From positions 1 to 17,066 of the forward strand of contig JBGCFM010000166.1 of the NCBI GenBank assembly GCA_045106895.1: DNA of 17,066 nt. The letters run 5' to 3'. The DNA comes from Polyangiales bacterium (lineage in GTDB: Bacteria; Myxococcota_A; Polyangia; Polyangiales; Houyiibacteriaceae). The position numbers were made by a program, and so were the translations under genes. A model generated the notes under the pieces. The model searched no databases, was not told the DNA's origin, and saw only the letters and a program-made list of their open reading frames with translations. Shown one piece after another: positions 16,431 to 17,066 of the stretch (position 1 is the first letter of the stretch; the number at the start of each line of letters is the position of its first letter).

Positions 16431-16462
16431 CCAAATCGCCCCTCAAAGTAGGGGCAACTTGG
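16422..16462 (-). terminator. Probable intrinsic terminator after the 16468-16971 gene
   Basis: Minus strand CCAAGTTGCCCCT-ACTTTG-AGGGGCGATTTGG (13-bp stem with 2 G-U pairs) followed by TTGGTTTTT, starting 5 nt after the stop codon. Confidence 0.65.
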
Positions 16463-16467
16463 CACAC

Positions 16468-16971
16468 CTAGGCAAGGCTTGCGCGATCGGTGGAGTGTAG
16501 CGCGGAGCACTCCGCGCTAAGAGTGAGTGCCTCCGCGTGGCTCAGACAGAAGGCCACGCGCTCCAGCTTCCCGTCGATGGTGGCAACCACCTCGTACTCG
16601 TGTCCGTCGGCTTGAATGCGAACGTCGTGGAGGGGGCCGTCAACCTGAAGCACCCGCACCTGTGGCTGACGCCATCGCGGAGACAGCGCCACGTCCTCGA
16701 CGAGCGTTGGCACGAACCAGCCGGCAAAGATAGCCCAGGCGGAGAGCAGCCCATACGCAATGGGCGGAGCCGACCAGAGCACCCCAGTGACGGTGGCGAG
16801 CAGACTCGTCGTCCATGACATGATCTCCGCACGTCGAGCCTCTCGAGGACTCCAGCCCTTCTTTGTGCGCGGAACCCACCCCTCGTCGACGTGAACCACA
16901 AGTTCACCGGACACTTCTCGGTAGCCATCGGTGCGATGGGCGAACGCTGTGCGAACTGTGTTCGAGTCCAT
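16468..16971 (-). CDS. Hypothetical protein with central two-TM hairpin
   Basis: Two hydrophobic segments flanked by beta-like soluble parts; ATG 16971 has TACCTT 6 nt upstream. Confidence 0.65.
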   Translation of the reverse strand: MDSNTVRTAFAHRTDGYREVSGELVVHVDEGWVPRTKKGWSPREARRAEIMSWTTSLLATVTGVLWSAPPIAYGLLSAWAIFAGWFVPTLVEDVALSPRWRQPQVRVLQVDGPLHDVRIQADGHEYEVVATIDGKLERVAFCLSHAEALTLSAECSALHSTDRASLA

Positions 16972-17066
16972 CAGGCCAAGGTAGGACGCGCCCCCGAATC
17001 CGGAAGCGGGATTGGCGTTGGGCAATTCCCGAAGCGGAGAGCCCGCCCCCGCTGTTGTGCTACACA

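Noticed and set aside
17000..17040. Weak hairpin and GAAGCGG repeat near the window end
   Set aside because: Short, imperfect and GC-rich; cannot be distinguished from chance without flanking sequence.
1..17066. CRISPR array, tRNA/rRNA, transposase/integrase or recognised anti-phage genes
   Set aside because: No spaced repeats, RNA-gene signatures or diagnostic motifs seen; intergenic gaps are short.

Overview
GC-rich, gene-dense bacterial window; protein style suggests Myxococcota (inference). About 18 coding regions: 3' end of a DUF4331-like gene with a strong terminator, a TPR protein, PPK2, a membrane YkuE-like metallophosphoesterase, signal peptidase I plus RDD protein, a hybrid PAS histidine kinase, a Cys-rich membrane-anchored protein coupled to a stand-alone tolB, a YceI + DUF3095 pair, ychF with a linked membrane protein, an orphan PhoB-like regulator preceded by a 7-4-7 direct repeat, and a decaying right end (truncated, frameshifted beta-helix-type pseudogene; DUF4132 gene with a doubtful 5' end). 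I saw no rRNA, tRNA, CRISPR array or transposase. Best leads: a cyclase-like DUF3095 coupled to a cytoplasmic YceI, probable Sec/Tat co-integration of the phosphoesterase, TANNNT-N6-8-ATG leaderless starts at five genes, a tolB operon without tolQRA/pal, and a 7-bp duplication at the pseudogene breakpoint. Family calls come from motif recognition by eye, not database searches.
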